In this document: in pieces, positions 26,063-38,643 of the stretch | Layout: each line of letters opens with the position of its first letter | Numbering within the stretch: position 1 is the first letter of the stretch | Source: Podarcis vaucheri | Taxonomy: Eukaryota | Assembly (NCBI GenBank): GCA_965113315.1 | Contig: OZ220363.1 | DNA: 64,000 bases | Direction: 5' to 3' (one strand) | The notes under the pieces: model-generated | The model's input: the letters and a program-made list of their open reading frames with translations, nothing else | Told to the model about the DNA's origin: nothing | Database searches by the model: none | Translations under genes and position numbers: made by a program

Positions 26063-26687
26063 GAGCTTCATATACAAAGCCGTCCTCTTTGGCATAGGCA
26101 TTCAATTCAGCAAAACACTACTCCTTCCTACCCTTAACTTTGCTATAAAAAGTTTTCAGCTAGCACATTTCTGATACTGGCAATATCCCCTAAAACTGCA
26201 TATGATAAAACCTCTTGGCTACAATTCAGAGAAAGACCAGCAGAAGGTGGCCAAAAGGTGACTCCCTTCTCCAACTCCTCACTGAAAGAAGCTTAAAAAG
26301 ATTTTCTTAATTTTAGGAGATCCCTTATTTCCTCTTGAATTATAGCCCCCACCATTCAGGATCATTTCTGTCTTGTACTTTAGGGACAGACAACTATAAT
26401 ATCTACAGTATTATCGATCAGATTTTTATCCTGTCCTTCCTCCAAGGAACTCAAAGCAGCACACATAATCTCCTGCTTTTGCTCTCAAAACAACTCTCAT
26501 AACAACTCTATTAAGAGTTGGTGACTGGCCCAAGGTACCTACTGTACCCTTTCTACCTACTGAATAAACCCTGGAGTAAGTTTTTGTCCACTAATTTGCT
26601 TGCAATACTTATACTGGCAACTTAGCCTCTGTGGGATATATAGAACTACATGCGAGAATATATTTGTAGTGAAATTTGGTTTGGTAC

Positions 26688-26798
26688 CTGGCTTATCAGA
26701 GACAGCCCATTCCTTCTCCACATTTCGGCAGCAACCTGAGCAACCAATACTAGACAACGCAAAGGATATTCCACCAACATCTGCACCTGGAATTCTTC
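26688..26798 (-). CDS. UBR1: UBR1 exon 17 (111 nt)
   Basis: [37 protein letters not shown]. Confidence 0.95.
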
Positions 26799-27489
26799 CT
26801 AAAGGTTTTTTTAAAAAAATTGATTGTGTTAAAACAACCGGCATTTGCATAAGGAAATCAATTACTACAGATAAGTTAGTAAAAAAGCGGGGCGGGGTTT
26901 TCTCTGCTATCGTTAAAAGAAAAATACAACAAAAGGTTAGTGGCAGAATTAAATTGCACTTTATTATGCTAGGCTCTAACACTGTACTGTGTGGTTTCAG
27001 CCAAGTCAAGTCAGTATTCATTCAGTGTTCAGCCACTACAGACCTATAGCCTTCCTTAAGGAAGATGACTAATGATTCTATATTGTCAATTATTGATGGG
27101 AAACAGCATCAATCTTTTTTTTGCAGAATAATTATTTATATTTAGCAGCCAATAACTACCTACAACAGGGTACTGCAGTTTAAGATCTCCTGCCATTAAG
27201 AGCTTATTTGTATCGTTTATTAGCTCTCTGCTACATTTATACCCCACCTTCTTTCTATGGAACTCAAGACGCCGTACCTGGTTCTTCCCCTTCCCATTTT
27301 ATCCTCAGAATAGCTTTTTGAGGCAAGTTAGGTTTAGACGGAATGGCTGGCTAAAGCTCACTTAGTGATCTTCATCACTGGGTAGGGAACTGAGCCTGGA
27401 ATTGGATCAGGGAGACCCAACAAGTTAACCACTAGACCCCAATGACTCTCATAACTGGCTGAACTTTCAAATCCAGCAGAGATACTTAC

Positions 27490-27551
27490 AGATGTTATGA
27501 ATTCTTGGAGTCTGGAGATTACATCTGTTTTGCTCAATTGTATGTGCAGAC
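27490..27551 (-). CDS. UBR1: UBR1 exon 16 (62 nt)
   Basis: LHIQLSKTDVISRLQEFITS. Confidence 0.9.
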
Positions 27552-27638
27552 CTAGGAAATACATTAACAGTAATGTTTGTATCAATTTGTAAGTTACAAG
27601 ATGCATTTGTATGCTTGTTGTCTAAATACAGGCTTATA

Positions 27639-27880
27639 CAGTGGTACCTTGGGTTACATACGCTTCAAGTTACATACGCTTCAGGTTACAGACTCCGCTA
27701 ACCCATAAATAATGCTTCAGGTTAAGAACTTTGCTTCAGGATAAGAACAGAAATCGTGCTCTGGTGGCGCTGCGGCAGCAGGAGGCCCCATTAGCTAAAG
27801 TGGTGCTTCAGGTTAAGAACAGTTTCAGGTTAAGAATAGACCTCCGGAACGAACTAAGTACTTAACCCGAGGTACCACTG
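27639..27880 (+). mobile_element. Tc1/mariner-type MITE (242 bp)
   Basis: TIRs CAGTGGTACCT / AGGTACCACTG, TA TSD; reverse complement of the copy at 31648-31889 (strand is relative). Confidence 0.92.
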
Positions 27881-28409
27881 TAATTAAGCTCTCTCCTCAC
27901 TATGATCTGTGGCCAAGAACCAACATTGGCCAGATAGCTTAATCACAAGCCAGGTTTCAGAGAGCATGCGAAGTCCAACTTTGGCTTAGCTCAGTGAAGT
28001 GTGGGAGAAAATGGACTCAGGAGGAACTAAGCAGCTGCAAGATCCTCTCTGGGAGCCCGCACATTTTCACAGTCCAGGTAAGTAACAGTTTGGCTTACTA
28101 TGCCACATGCACCAAGCTCTAATAAATTTATACGTGCTGTGAAGAGATACTTTCTGCTCTCTGCTGTATTAGAAAGCCAGTCACCCAATCAAACTGACTG
28201 GCAAGTAGATCCTTTACAAGAACAGGAATTCAAAATGGTGTTATGAGCTTAGATTGTAAAGATGATTTGAAAAATTCAAGCAGAAGAGATCTAACAGTAG
28301 CTATTATTATCCATGATAGTTAAATACAACCTCCAGGTTCAGAATCCTTCTCAAAATGTGAGCAGGAACTGACTGCAATTCTCATAAACTGCAAGCACAG
28401 GACACTCAC

Positions 28410-28590
28410 CAGCAAGCATCCTGGACAATGGTAGATGTATGCTGACAGGATCTGCAGACACCCTGAAGCGCTTGCTTTCCAAAGTATGGCCACATAAATG
28501 AATCACTGTCTTGTCCCATGAATAATTACTTGCACCACATCTCAATACTGTTGCATGGCATTCCTTGTAAGCAGTCAACAACAGTGCTTC
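28410..28590 (-). CDS. UBR1: UBR1 exon 15 (181 nt)
   Basis: [19 protein letters not shown]...[17 protein letters not shown]. Confidence 0.94.
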
Positions 28591-29141
28591 CTAGAATGGA
28601 CAATATTTTTATAATTATATTTAAATATACAGCCTTATTTTTTCTACTTCAATTTAACTGTGCTAAAAAAAATCCTACTGTCTCATTTCTATGTTTTAAT
28701 ACGGGTCATGCATTTTATTTTTGATCAGCGGCAATGGAATTGTGCATTGCTATATGTTTAAAATAAACCTAATTCCTAAGAAATTTGGTTACTAATCATC
28801 CTGTGAGAATATGGATTGTTCAGTTGCATCTCTTAGGGACAACTTTCTAGTCATTTTTTCTGTCACAATTCTGGTCAACCACATGTAAATATAAAAACAG
28901 AACTGTCTTTTCCAGATGACTTTCAGATACTTTGCTGCTTAACTATATGTTTTCAACTCCATAGCTTTATGAATGATCTGCATCTCCAGAAGCCACTTTT
29001 CAGCTTTCTATATAGAGGATTGTGAAAATAAGTAGGAGACTTTCAAAACAGATTTTGAAACAACAAGCTTAGCAAAGATTCAGATCATCAGCCAAATCCA
29101 GAATCTGTATCTTCTCACTATTCAGTGTTGTTTATCATATA

Positions 29142-29593
29142 CAGCGGGTCCAGAACTTATGCTCACTTTACATATGCAATTGCAACTTTACAAGGGGTGG
29201 GGTTGGTGGTTGGTAGGTAAATAAATAAATAAATGAACGGGGGAAACCCGCCATTTCCTGCCCCCCCCATTTATTATTTTCCCCCACACACACGCCAAGT
29301 GGATTTTCCATGCTTACCAGCCTCTGAGATGCTCCCAGAGCCGCCTTCCCAATGTCCAGCAAGCAAGGTGGTGCCTTCCTTACCAGCCTCTGGAAATGAG
29401 ATGTGAGGGCTCTGGAAGCATCCCAGAGGCTGGTATGGAAAGTCTGCCTCGCATACTGGACCTCCTATGACCTTTCCAGAGCCTGGTAAACAACCCTCCA
29501 CCTTGCAGGAGGGCAGTTCCAGGGGTTCCTGACTCTTTGCGATTTTGCAGACCCCCCAGAACCAAACCCTTGTGTACGGGGATGGGCCAACTG
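29142..29593. mobile_element. degenerate Tc1/mariner (Tigger-like) non-autonomous element
   Basis: TA-CAGCGGGTCC ... GGGCCAACTG-TA imperfect TIRs. Confidence 0.55.
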
Positions 29594-29893
29594 TATCGCG
29601 TCCAGCTTCAATTAGGAGGGAAATATTCTTTCTTTCTCTTTTTTGCTAAATACAAATACTTCCACAGATCCTTCCGAGTAAATATCAATTGAAATTATCA
29701 TAGCAAAATTTTGCTATGTGAACTTTTAAGCGTTCAAGGTAAAAAAGATTCATGGGTTAAAGTTGAAGCACCAGGCTTGTCAAGGTCATGGGGAGTGGTA
29801 TGCTCACAAGGCACCTCCAAAGATTTGACTTTGCTCCATAAACAAGTATTTGTTTCTACAGATAATGCTGCAGTTTTATTGAAACAGGCTTAC

Positions 29894-30022
29894 GTCGCAG
29901 GCGCACCACTCCTGAAACATCAGGAGAATAATCTTCAGTTGCATCTGGATGACAATGGCTGCTTCCCAATCTGGATCCACCTCAATGTGCTGGCCAACTT
30001 GCCTTTTTATTTCCTCCATGCC
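29894..30022 (-). CDS. UBR1: UBR1 exon 14 (129 nt)
   Basis: [43 protein letters not shown]. Confidence 0.95.
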
Positions 30023-30309
30023 CTGCAATGATATCCCCGCCCCAAACAGTATGTGACTAAACTGAGGCTTGTATCAGACAGATGTTCAAACCATGATTCT
30101 AAGCAAACAGAAGTAAGCGCCAACTAAAACAAGGCCATTTATATTTCTACAGTGTGGATAATTAATTAATAAGGTTTATTTACTGCTTAATCAACAGGAA
30201 AACTCTAAGCAGTTATGGTGTGTGTTTTAATAGCATCCCAAATTATATATATATGTAATTGTGCTTGTAAAATCCAGAGCTCTGCTGAATAAAGTTAATT
30301 CATACTCAC

Positions 30310-30327
30310 CTGAAAGAAACTGATTTT
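30310..30327 (-). CDS. UBR1: candidate UBR1 alternative microexon 13a (18 nt, KISFFQ)
   Basis: ttttaaag|AAAATCAGTTTCTTTCAG|gtgagtatg, CCTAAT branch-like motif upstream, in frame within phase-0 intron 13. Confidence 0.5.
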
Positions 30328-30472
30328 CTTTAAAACATTTGAGAAGAACGCTTATGAATCATATTAGGATAGCACATTAATATTGTATTGGGCATATGGG
30401 CAGGTTCATAATACAGTAGCCATATATATATAGCAAATAGCAAATTAGAGATGTATATATTATATACTGTAC

Positions 30473-30572
30473 CTGCATGCAAATAAGAATCTTCAGGAAA
30501 GAACGGAACCCTTCCAAAAACTGCTCTCGCAGTTTGTCTGTCCACACTGTAGGCTTACTGATTAAAATATAC
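30473..30572 (-). CDS. UBR1: UBR1 exon 13 (100 nt)
   Basis: [33 protein letters not shown]. Confidence 0.94.
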
Positions 30573-31389
30573 CTGTTGCAAAAAAAGTTGAATTTCAGAA
30601 GTCTTTTCCAGACAAAGCAGGCTTTAAATTGGGGTATGGGGCTGGAATCGTATGTGGCTGGGAAAGATTTTGTAACTCCTTTGAGGAAATGCCCACTGGT
30701 GCAGCAATAAAATGGCTAACACATTTGCAAAGCTAAGCAGGGTCCAGGATGGATTCAAACTGGATGGGGGACTGTGCGCCGAGATTCCTGAGTTGTAGGG
30801 GGTTGGACTAGATGACCCTTGGAATCCAACTCTATGATTTCTCTCTCTTGGAAATAATGACAGCCTGGCTGAAATGTGGAAGAACAAGCTGACTTTGATC
30901 ACTGATATCCTCTTGCACAACTGTGTCTGCACTAGGTCTACCCAGAAAAGGGCAACATAAAACACAACACAAGAGATAGACTGTTTTTTTTAATAGATAT
31001 TGATCAGTTTGCAACATATAGTAAGGAAGTATGCCCTGATGGTGGTAACTACAGACACATAAATTATTATTCTCCAGTGCCAGTGAATTGTGCCAGTAAT
31101 TGGTTCTAGAATGACAAAATGGCCAATCTAATTTCTGACCATGATTCTAAATTTCGGTTGAGACACTGAATAGCGGGCTACGTCTTACCAGGCAATGCTT
31201 CATTTATATTCATTTGCCTAAGGTTGTAGTTGCATATCCACAATATGATTCAGTTCTAATGTGGCATGTTTTGCAATGCTTATCCCAGACACAAACACTT
31301 TTCTGCAACATGTAAAGAGCGAGGTAGGATAAAACAAATATTATTGCCTAATGAAGCACATACTCATCTCCACAAACAAGAACACTTAC

Positions 31390-31547
31390 TTGAGGTCATA
31401 TATGACTGCATATACTCGACCCATTTTCTCTTGGCTGTAATCCTGGAAGTTGAATTTGCCATTTTTATCCAGATATTTGGGGAGCTCTTCAAGCAGCGTC
31501 TCAGTTATGACAGAGATTACATTTTGCTCTTCAATGAGATGGCGGGC
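31390..31547 (-). CDS. UBR1: UBR1 exon 12 (158 nt)
   Basis: [53 protein letters not shown]. Confidence 0.95.
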
Positions 31548-31647
31548 CTGCGAGGGAAGCAGTAACAATTGTTGTTTGTATTTCATTTTCTATTTTATTC
31601 AAAAAAAGTAAAACCTTCAGATGTATTGCTGCTTTATGTAGGCAGTA

Positions 31648-31889
31648 CAGTGGTATCTCAGGTTAAGTACTTAATTTGTTCCGGAGGTCCATACTTAACC
31701 TGAAACTGTTCTTAACCTGAAGCACCACTTAAGCTAATGGGGCTTCCTGCTGCTGCTGCACCGCCGGAGCACGATTTCTGTTCTCATCCTGAAGCAAAGT
31801 TCTTAACCTGAAGCACTATTTCTGGGTTAGCGGAGTCTGTAACCTGAAGCGTATGTAACCTGAAGCGTATGTAACCCAAGGTACCACTG
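31648..31889 (-). mobile_element. Tc1/mariner-type MITE (242 bp)
   Basis: TIRs and TA TSD; same family as 27639-27880 in the opposite orientation. Confidence 0.92.
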
Positions 31890-32077
31890 TACTACAGAAG
31901 TACAGTGTAGGCGCAGGGAACCACTGGCCCACCGGATTTGTTGGACTCTACCTCTCACCAGTCCCAGCCAGCTTGGACAGGGATGATGGGTTACAGAGCA
32001 TATTTTATCATATCACTGTCATCTGTCTTTGCAAATCAAATTTGCCAGTGAGGCTTAAATAATTAAACTGCTTTGAG

Positions 32078-32114
32078 TTTGTTTGTTTGTTTGTTTGTTT
32101 GTTTGTTTGTTTGT
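32078..32114. repeat. (TTTG)n microsatellite
   Basis: about 9 tandem units. Confidence 0.95.
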
Positions 32115-32639
32115 TTTCTACCATCAAGCAGCATATAAATAAAGAATTACACAGTGTCAGCACACCACCAAAAATTTGGCTTTTGGGGTGGGCTTCAGCA
32201 CAGAAGAGAGGGCAATAAGGCCTTGTTTTGTAAGTAGGACACTGCTTGTGGTTCATGGGATCCAAACTATAATAATGCTGTACTGAAGGCTGATTGTAGG
32301 CTCTGGACAAAAGGGGAAAAGTAGAATACAGAGATATGGTTGCCCCCTTGGTTATGGTGACTGAAACAAAAATTAAATATGTTTGCTTATTTAAAAAAAT
32401 GAATGCATAAACGACTATAAAGGTTATTTGCAAGATTTCTTCTCACATATTGTTTATTGTTTCCACTGTATGATGCCAGACCAAGTCAGATAGGAATACA
32501 AATAAGCAATGTATCTTAAGCAGAATTCAACCAAGTCTTTCTTTGGAAAATTTCTTGCAGTGTCCAAGTTACCTACAAGTATTGTGATTAACACAATACA
32601 AAAAGTTCTTTATATACTCAGATGATTGGCTGTACGTAC

Positions 32640-32738
32640 CAATGTAGGAACGGTGAACATCTGAACTGAAAGTGCTGTCACAGAAATTTGCCTTTCATGA
32701 TCATCACTGATGTATTCGCTCTGTAATTTTTTGTAATG
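32640..32738 (-). CDS. UBR1: UBR1 exon 11 (99 nt)
   Basis: [33 protein letters not shown]. Confidence 0.94.
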
Positions 32739-33723
32739 CTGTGAAGAGAGGAAAACGCAAAAAAGTGATTGCCTGGCAGGAACTTAAGGCCAGAGGCACG
32801 ATGAGGAGAGCATACGGTACGTGAAATCCCTGCCTTCCAGCAGGAACATACACTATTTCACCAGACAACCCAACTGTGACGGACCAATGTTCTTTCCTTT
32901 TTAAATTTAAGACAAAGAAAGACTCTGTTTGGACCACTGGGCAGCATGGTTCTGCTCGTGTCTTCCATGACTGCAGTAGGCGGTTGGACACTCCCACACT
33001 TTCAACGTACAGCATAGGCAAGTCATCTTTGGCACAAGGTAACAGAGTGATCTTATCGGCCAAAGAATGGGGAAATCTTCTCTGTAGATACTTTGAGCAC
33101 ATTAATTCAATGGCAGTCATTTAGATGAACACTGTTTCTACCTCAGGACTTTGATGAAGTTTGTTGTAAAAGTCCCCCCACCCCCACCCCAAAATTCAAC
33201 TTTGAGTGATGCTAATGATTGCTGAATCTCACTGAATTTTCTCTTTGGGGAGGACCTTTAATGAACTCATTTAATGAATAATTTAATCTCTACTGTATGT
33301 TTATTATTCTATTACCAGTTTTGAGCATGTGCCAAAAAAGTGACTTACAAATGCTTAAAATAAATAAGTAAACAAGGGGTTTAACAACATTATCATCATC
33401 ATTTATTAAATTTATATATTGTCCTTCATCCGAAGATCACAGGGCAGTTTACAGAACTGGATACAGAGTTGGGTGCCCAACTCCCGTCAGCCCCAGCCAA
33501 GATAGCCAGAGGTCAACGTGGCGGCAAAGCTGGGGCTGCATGGTGTATCAGCACAGTCAGTTTGATGCTTTTGCCAGTCTACCACCTTGCCCCACCCTCT
33601 CTCACCTCTGCCTCCTAGTGAGTGGCAGTGATGCTGCTGCCATATTGCTATGGCTCTGCTCCACTGGGCAAGCTGCAGTCAATAATTTTTTTTAAAGGCT
33701 TTGCAAAACATACCTTGCTATTA

Positions 33724-33978
<255 letters not shown>

Positions 33979-34206
33979 TCAAAATATACACAATTGCCAA
34001 ATGTACAATTGCCAAGTATAGTCCAGTTGGGAAACCATATTTGTTTGAAAGCCTAGACATCAATCCTTTTTAAAATTTAAAAAGTAGCTGTCAGACTATT
34101 TCCAAATATCAAAGTATCACTCATCTTAAACTGAGTGGCAGACACTGAAGGTTTAATACATCACAGCTAATTGTGAAGAAGCTCAATTAACATCAATTCA
34201 ACTTAC

Positions 34207-34314
34207 CTTTGTAAAGTTTTGCATCCCAAAGCATCAATGTGCTTATAAGACAAGGTTTCTCTGAATCAATTTCTTCTTTTAGACATATTTGACAAAAGAT
34301 CTGACGAAAGTCAC
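34207..34314 (-). CDS. UBR1: UBR1 exon 9 (108 nt)
   Basis: [35 protein letters not shown]. Confidence 0.94.
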
Positions 34315-35161
34315 CTAAAATAGAGTAACATAATCTGGATGGGTTATTGGAATGATTGTGGCCTGCTTAAATGTTGTATTCTTTTGATTAAAAAAAAAAC
34401 TTTTGCCAATAAATCTTCAGATGTAACAGAATAGTATCTCTATTCTGAAATCAATTCCTTACTTTTGCAAGGACCCCACCTCATTGCTGACCCTGTATTG
34501 CCATGTTTATCTTTCAATCAATATTATTTCTTTTGAAATAAGAGTGTAAGGTGTCTAGAACTACTATTGCCTTGCATATTTGAGATGTTATTCTGGACCA
34601 GCTTTGAACAAACAACACCAATAACTTACAACTGCTTATTCAATTTCCAACCCTGCCTCCATCGTAAGGTCCCAGGGCAGCTTACAACAATTTTAAAATC
34701 AGTTTAAGCAAACTCATGGTATTTATGCTAGCCACTTTTATTCTGAATTAAAAGCAGCCATGAGGAGCACATGAATTGATAATTAGGAACATGGCCTACA
34801 AGAACATCCCCAGCTAGCCATCACCATATAATTGAATATTTATTTCTGGGTCAGCCAGGGACAAGAAGACCAGAATAGCATTACTTTCGCTACCTCAGAA
34901 AAACACAAGGAAATTGAGGCTTGAATTCAAGTGAATGGAAATATTTCCCAAACACAACTGTGAGTTTTATATCTGGACATTTTGTAAGACGCAAATCCTT
35001 AGTATAAAATGTTTGCACATGAAAAATGATTTTTAGTATCAATAATAGCTTTGGACATTTAAGAAAGACTGGTCCTGCAATTACATATACTGCTAAGGAA
35101 AGAATTCTCTTGTCAATGTTTCGGCATTTGATTATGATACAGAGCAATTTAAGGCACTTAC

Positions 35162-35285
35162 TTGAGTAGCTCATAAGTTTGTTTAACCAGGAACCAAGAC
35201 GCAGAGCAAATTTCTGGTGAGCCATAATATCAGCATGAAGAACCTTAACATTTAGGGGACCTTGGGAAACGTTGTTCGAATGTTT
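35162..35285 (-). CDS. UBR1: UBR1 exon 8 (124 nt)
   Basis: [41 protein letters not shown]. Confidence 0.94.
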
Positions 35286-35576
35286 CTAGAAGATAAAAAA
35301 AAGACATTAGAATGAGAGGATATTAACTGATTCTTTGATCTTGCCTACCTTTTCCTGTCATCTTCTCTATCATGCCATTTGTACTTCCAAACAAGGAAAA
35401 GAGAGGACAGCTGGAACAGTTGGAGCGCAGTGTCTTAATTGATTAAATGTTACAAAAGATGCAGGATAAGAAAAATCTGAAAAGGTCAAGAATGATTCGA
35501 AGTCTTTGCATTTGTAAAGGAACAGAACAATTATTCAGTATTAACTAGGTATATTTGACACATTTCAGGAAGTTAC

Positions 35577-35639
35577 CTTAATCTCTTCTTTTGCTTCCTG
35601 GCAAACAGCATATGATCCTGCCTTGACAGCCTTCCGGCC
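35577..35639 (-). CDS. UBR1: UBR1 exon 7 (63 nt)
   Basis: GRKAVKAGSYAVCQEAKEEIK. Confidence 0.93.
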
Positions 35640-36505
35640 CTGAATAATTAGAAGAAGTGACATATTTAGGTCAGGTAATGGCAGAACTTGATCTTATAAC
35701 AATATGTAAACAAAGGCAAGACTGAACTAAGGATGCTCAACTGTTTCATAAGCAGCTAATGATAATGCATGGTTTCAACTCTTTATCTTTGGAGATTTCA
35801 CTAGACTGATGCACCCTATGGTGTGGGCGCATTTAGAATATTGTTTGTACTGACCCAGTTGTAATGTTGTGGTGTGTAGCTCAATTTCCATGGAAGGGTA
35901 AGGGCTCAGTGTCAGAGCATTTGCCAAAGGTCCCAGATTCAATTCCTGGAATTTCCAGGTAGGATTGAAAAAGACGCCTGTCTTAAACCCAAGAGAGCTG
36001 TCCCTAAACAGTGCAGACAATACTGAGTAAGATGGACCAATGGGATGCCTTAGCTTAGTGTAAGGCAGCTTCATGTCTCTCAAAACAGGCCCTAACCCTG
36101 AAGAGTGTTACTGCATGGCCCAATTCATTCCAATGAATCCTTCCCTCATGAGTTATTGCCCAAATCTACACATAGATAGATGTAGATGACACAGCTATAC
36201 ATATACATATTCCTGCTGAGATTTCCCTTGATAAAAGACACTCCTTTCAATATATATTTCATGTAACTGCCTGGAAAAGTAGGATCACGATATGGAGTGC
36301 CACAAGCAACATCGCACACCAAGTGATATTGCTTCAGGGAGAGGAAAATGCTGTCATGCTCCACCAAGAGGCAGTGCAATGCCAATACTGTTGGGAAATG
36401 GTGACGTTCTGTTCCTCTCTCTTCTCTTCCGTGGAAATAATCCCTTATCTCCAAAACACAATTGTTACAGGACACAGTGGCAGGAATGTGGCAAACCCAC
36501 AACCA

Positions 36506-36741
36506 CAGGGTACAAGTCAAACGGCTCCATTTTCAAATGTTTCAGTTCCCGAACGCCGAAAACCCGGAAGTAAATGCTCCAGTTTTCGAACGTTCCTCAG
36601 AACTCAAACGTCCAACGTAGCTTCAGCTTGAATGAAAGAAGCTCTTGCAAACCAATCGGAAGCCACGCCTCAGTTGTCAAATGTTTCGGAAGTCGAATGG
36701 TCTTCAAGAAGAGATTACGTTCAAGAACCGAGGTTTGACTG
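36506..36741 (-). mobile_element. Tc1/mariner-type MITE related to the 21178 copy, opposite orientation
   Basis: right end gaaccgaggtttgactg-TA; internal similarity to the reverse complement of 21178-21417; left TIR degraded. Confidence 0.7.
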
Positions 36742-36821
36742 TATTAGCTGATAACTCTTATTGTTTTCTCACTTACCACTTATGAAGCATTTTGGCTTTT
36801 CTTGCTAAGTAATGGAAGCAA

Positions 36822-37183
36822 GTGGGTGGTGGGTGGCGCTGTGGGTAAAAGCCTCAGCGCCTAGGGCTTGCCGATCGAAAGGTCGGCGGTTCGAATCCCC
36901 GCGGCGGGGTGCGCTCCCGCTGCTCGGTCCCAGCGCCTGCCAACCTAGCAGTTCGAAAGCACCCCCGGGTGCAAGTAGATAAATAGGTACCGCTTACCAG
37001 CGGGAAGGTAAACGGCGTTCCGTGTGCTGCGCTGGCTCGCCAGATGCAGCTTTGTCATGCTGGCCACGTGACCCGGAAGTGTCTCCGGACAGCGCTGGCC
37101 CCCGGCCTCTTGAGTGAGATGGGCGCACAAACCCCAGAGTCTGTCAAGACTGGCCCGTTCGGGCAGGGGTACCTTTACCTTAC
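36822..37183 (+). mobile_element. Sauria SINE (CpG-rich, probably young subfamily) with 12-bp TSD
   Basis: TAATGGAAGCAA at 36810-36821 and 37184-37195; B box ggttcgaatcc; acctttacctt tail. Confidence 0.92.
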
Positions 37184-37282
37184 TAATGGAAGCAAATTAT
37201 GGACCACAACAGTACAATTGGCTCTCTCTCAACTGGGCTACAATATGGTACAGTTGTAACAGGAATGGTGCATACTACCAAC

Positions 37283-37421
37283 CTCTTTATCTATAGCAGC
37301 AGTATATATCTGGGCTTCTCCAAGCTCACAGCCAAGAGTTCTTTGTAGGCTATAGATAACATGGTCATAAGAATGATGTTCATCATTGAAAAGGACACAG
37401 TAGTATTTGTCCAGCTTCTCT
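37283..37421 (-). CDS. UBR1: UBR1 exon 6 (139 nt; ClpS-like N-domain; alternative acceptor gives start 37424)
   Basis: [46 protein letters not shown]. Confidence 0.94.
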
Positions 37422-37617
37422 CTACTGGGAGGAAACCAAAATATCATTCTAACAAGAGAATACTAAAATAAACTCCAACGTACATATTGGGCAACAAAAC
37501 AAACGTAAGCCATTAAGTAAAAAAGGGACAAGCAATCAAATTGGAGGAATTGCTTAAGCTCTGATTTACATAAATGTTCTTGTTTACATTAGAATAGCTA
37601 CTGATTCTGAAGTAAGG

Positions 37618-37850
37618 AATGTCTTACTTGCGTCCCAGACCACTTTCTCATCTACCCCTTGGTTGAGGTTGACTTCAAAATATTCTTTCATTATTTTTTT
37701 ACCTTTCTCTCTTATTTCTATATTGTTTAATAGTTCTTCGTTTAATTTCCATCCACGATGTGAGCTCACCTCCCCATGTAAAGTTAACATTATTGAATTA
37801 TGGTTCGAATTATGGTTCAAGAAGGTCCTTGGTAGTATCAGAGATAATTC
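37618..37850 (-). mobile_element. L1 ORF2 internal fragment (end of endonuclease and linker)
   Basis: RGWKLNEELL..IMKEYFEVN..VVWDASKTF parallels WSFSPIL..YFKEN..LLWDAMKA of the intact L1. Confidence 0.75.
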
Positions 37851-38099
37851 AGCAGATAATCAGAGATAATGCCAGCAGACCGTCACTTTCCTACCTTCCT
37901 GTCCCTTATCATTGTTGTTGTTTTCAAATGCAATCATGCTTCTCACTAGTCTGACTAGTCCTTTTGGCTTTCCTTACTAAGTAACTGAATGACTCTGCTT
38001 TATTTTCTAAGGTTTTACCACTTATAGGCAAGTAAAACACTTTTTTTACCACTTATAGGCAAGTAAAACACTTGCCACCAACTCCAGCACATCACTTAC

Positions 38100-38230
38100 C
38101 TAGTTATAAGCTCTGGAGGCAGCTCCTTCTCTTCCTCCCAAACAGTCATATCTACAATATATTTTATCACTGAAGGGAACATTTTTCTTGCTTGCGCTAT
38201 TAGCTCTTCATTCAACTGGCATTCCACGTT
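38100..38230 (-). CDS. UBR1: UBR1 exon 5 (131 nt)
   Basis: [43 protein letters not shown]. Confidence 0.94.
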
Positions 38231-38532
38231 CTACAGGGGGGGAAACGCTAATATGAATTAAGAAATCCTGTGCAATATTAATCTGTTGAACATAAGGAAC
38301 ACTCTTCCTCCAACTGTTGTTACAAAAATCTGAATAATGGGAATTTAATAAAAAGCTTAAAAATATATAAATGCAGCACTCTGAAAATAAGTGAGCGGTT
38401 ATTTATTTACTAAAAAATATTTTTATACTGCCTCTCATCTTAACATACCCTCCCATAACAGCAACAAGTACATCATGAAGTGTGAGGTCTTACAATATCT
38501 GTTTTCCAATATATTACAGGCAGGTGTGTTAC

Positions 38533-38643
38533 CTCTTCCGTGCTTCCTGCTGCTCCAGGCTCATGATTTGTACACAGCGGTCCAGTCTTCCATGCTTCTG
38601 TATCTCCACAATCACAAAAACCTCCTCCAGTAGAAGTGTGCAT
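38533..38643 (-). CDS. UBR1: UBR1 exon 4 (111 nt; UBR box)
   Basis: [37 protein letters not shown]. Confidence 0.96.

Noticed and set aside
26557-27049. 149-aa and 154-aa ORFs on opposite strands
   Set aside because: They overlap UBR1 exon 17 out of frame or antisense and have no recognisable motifs
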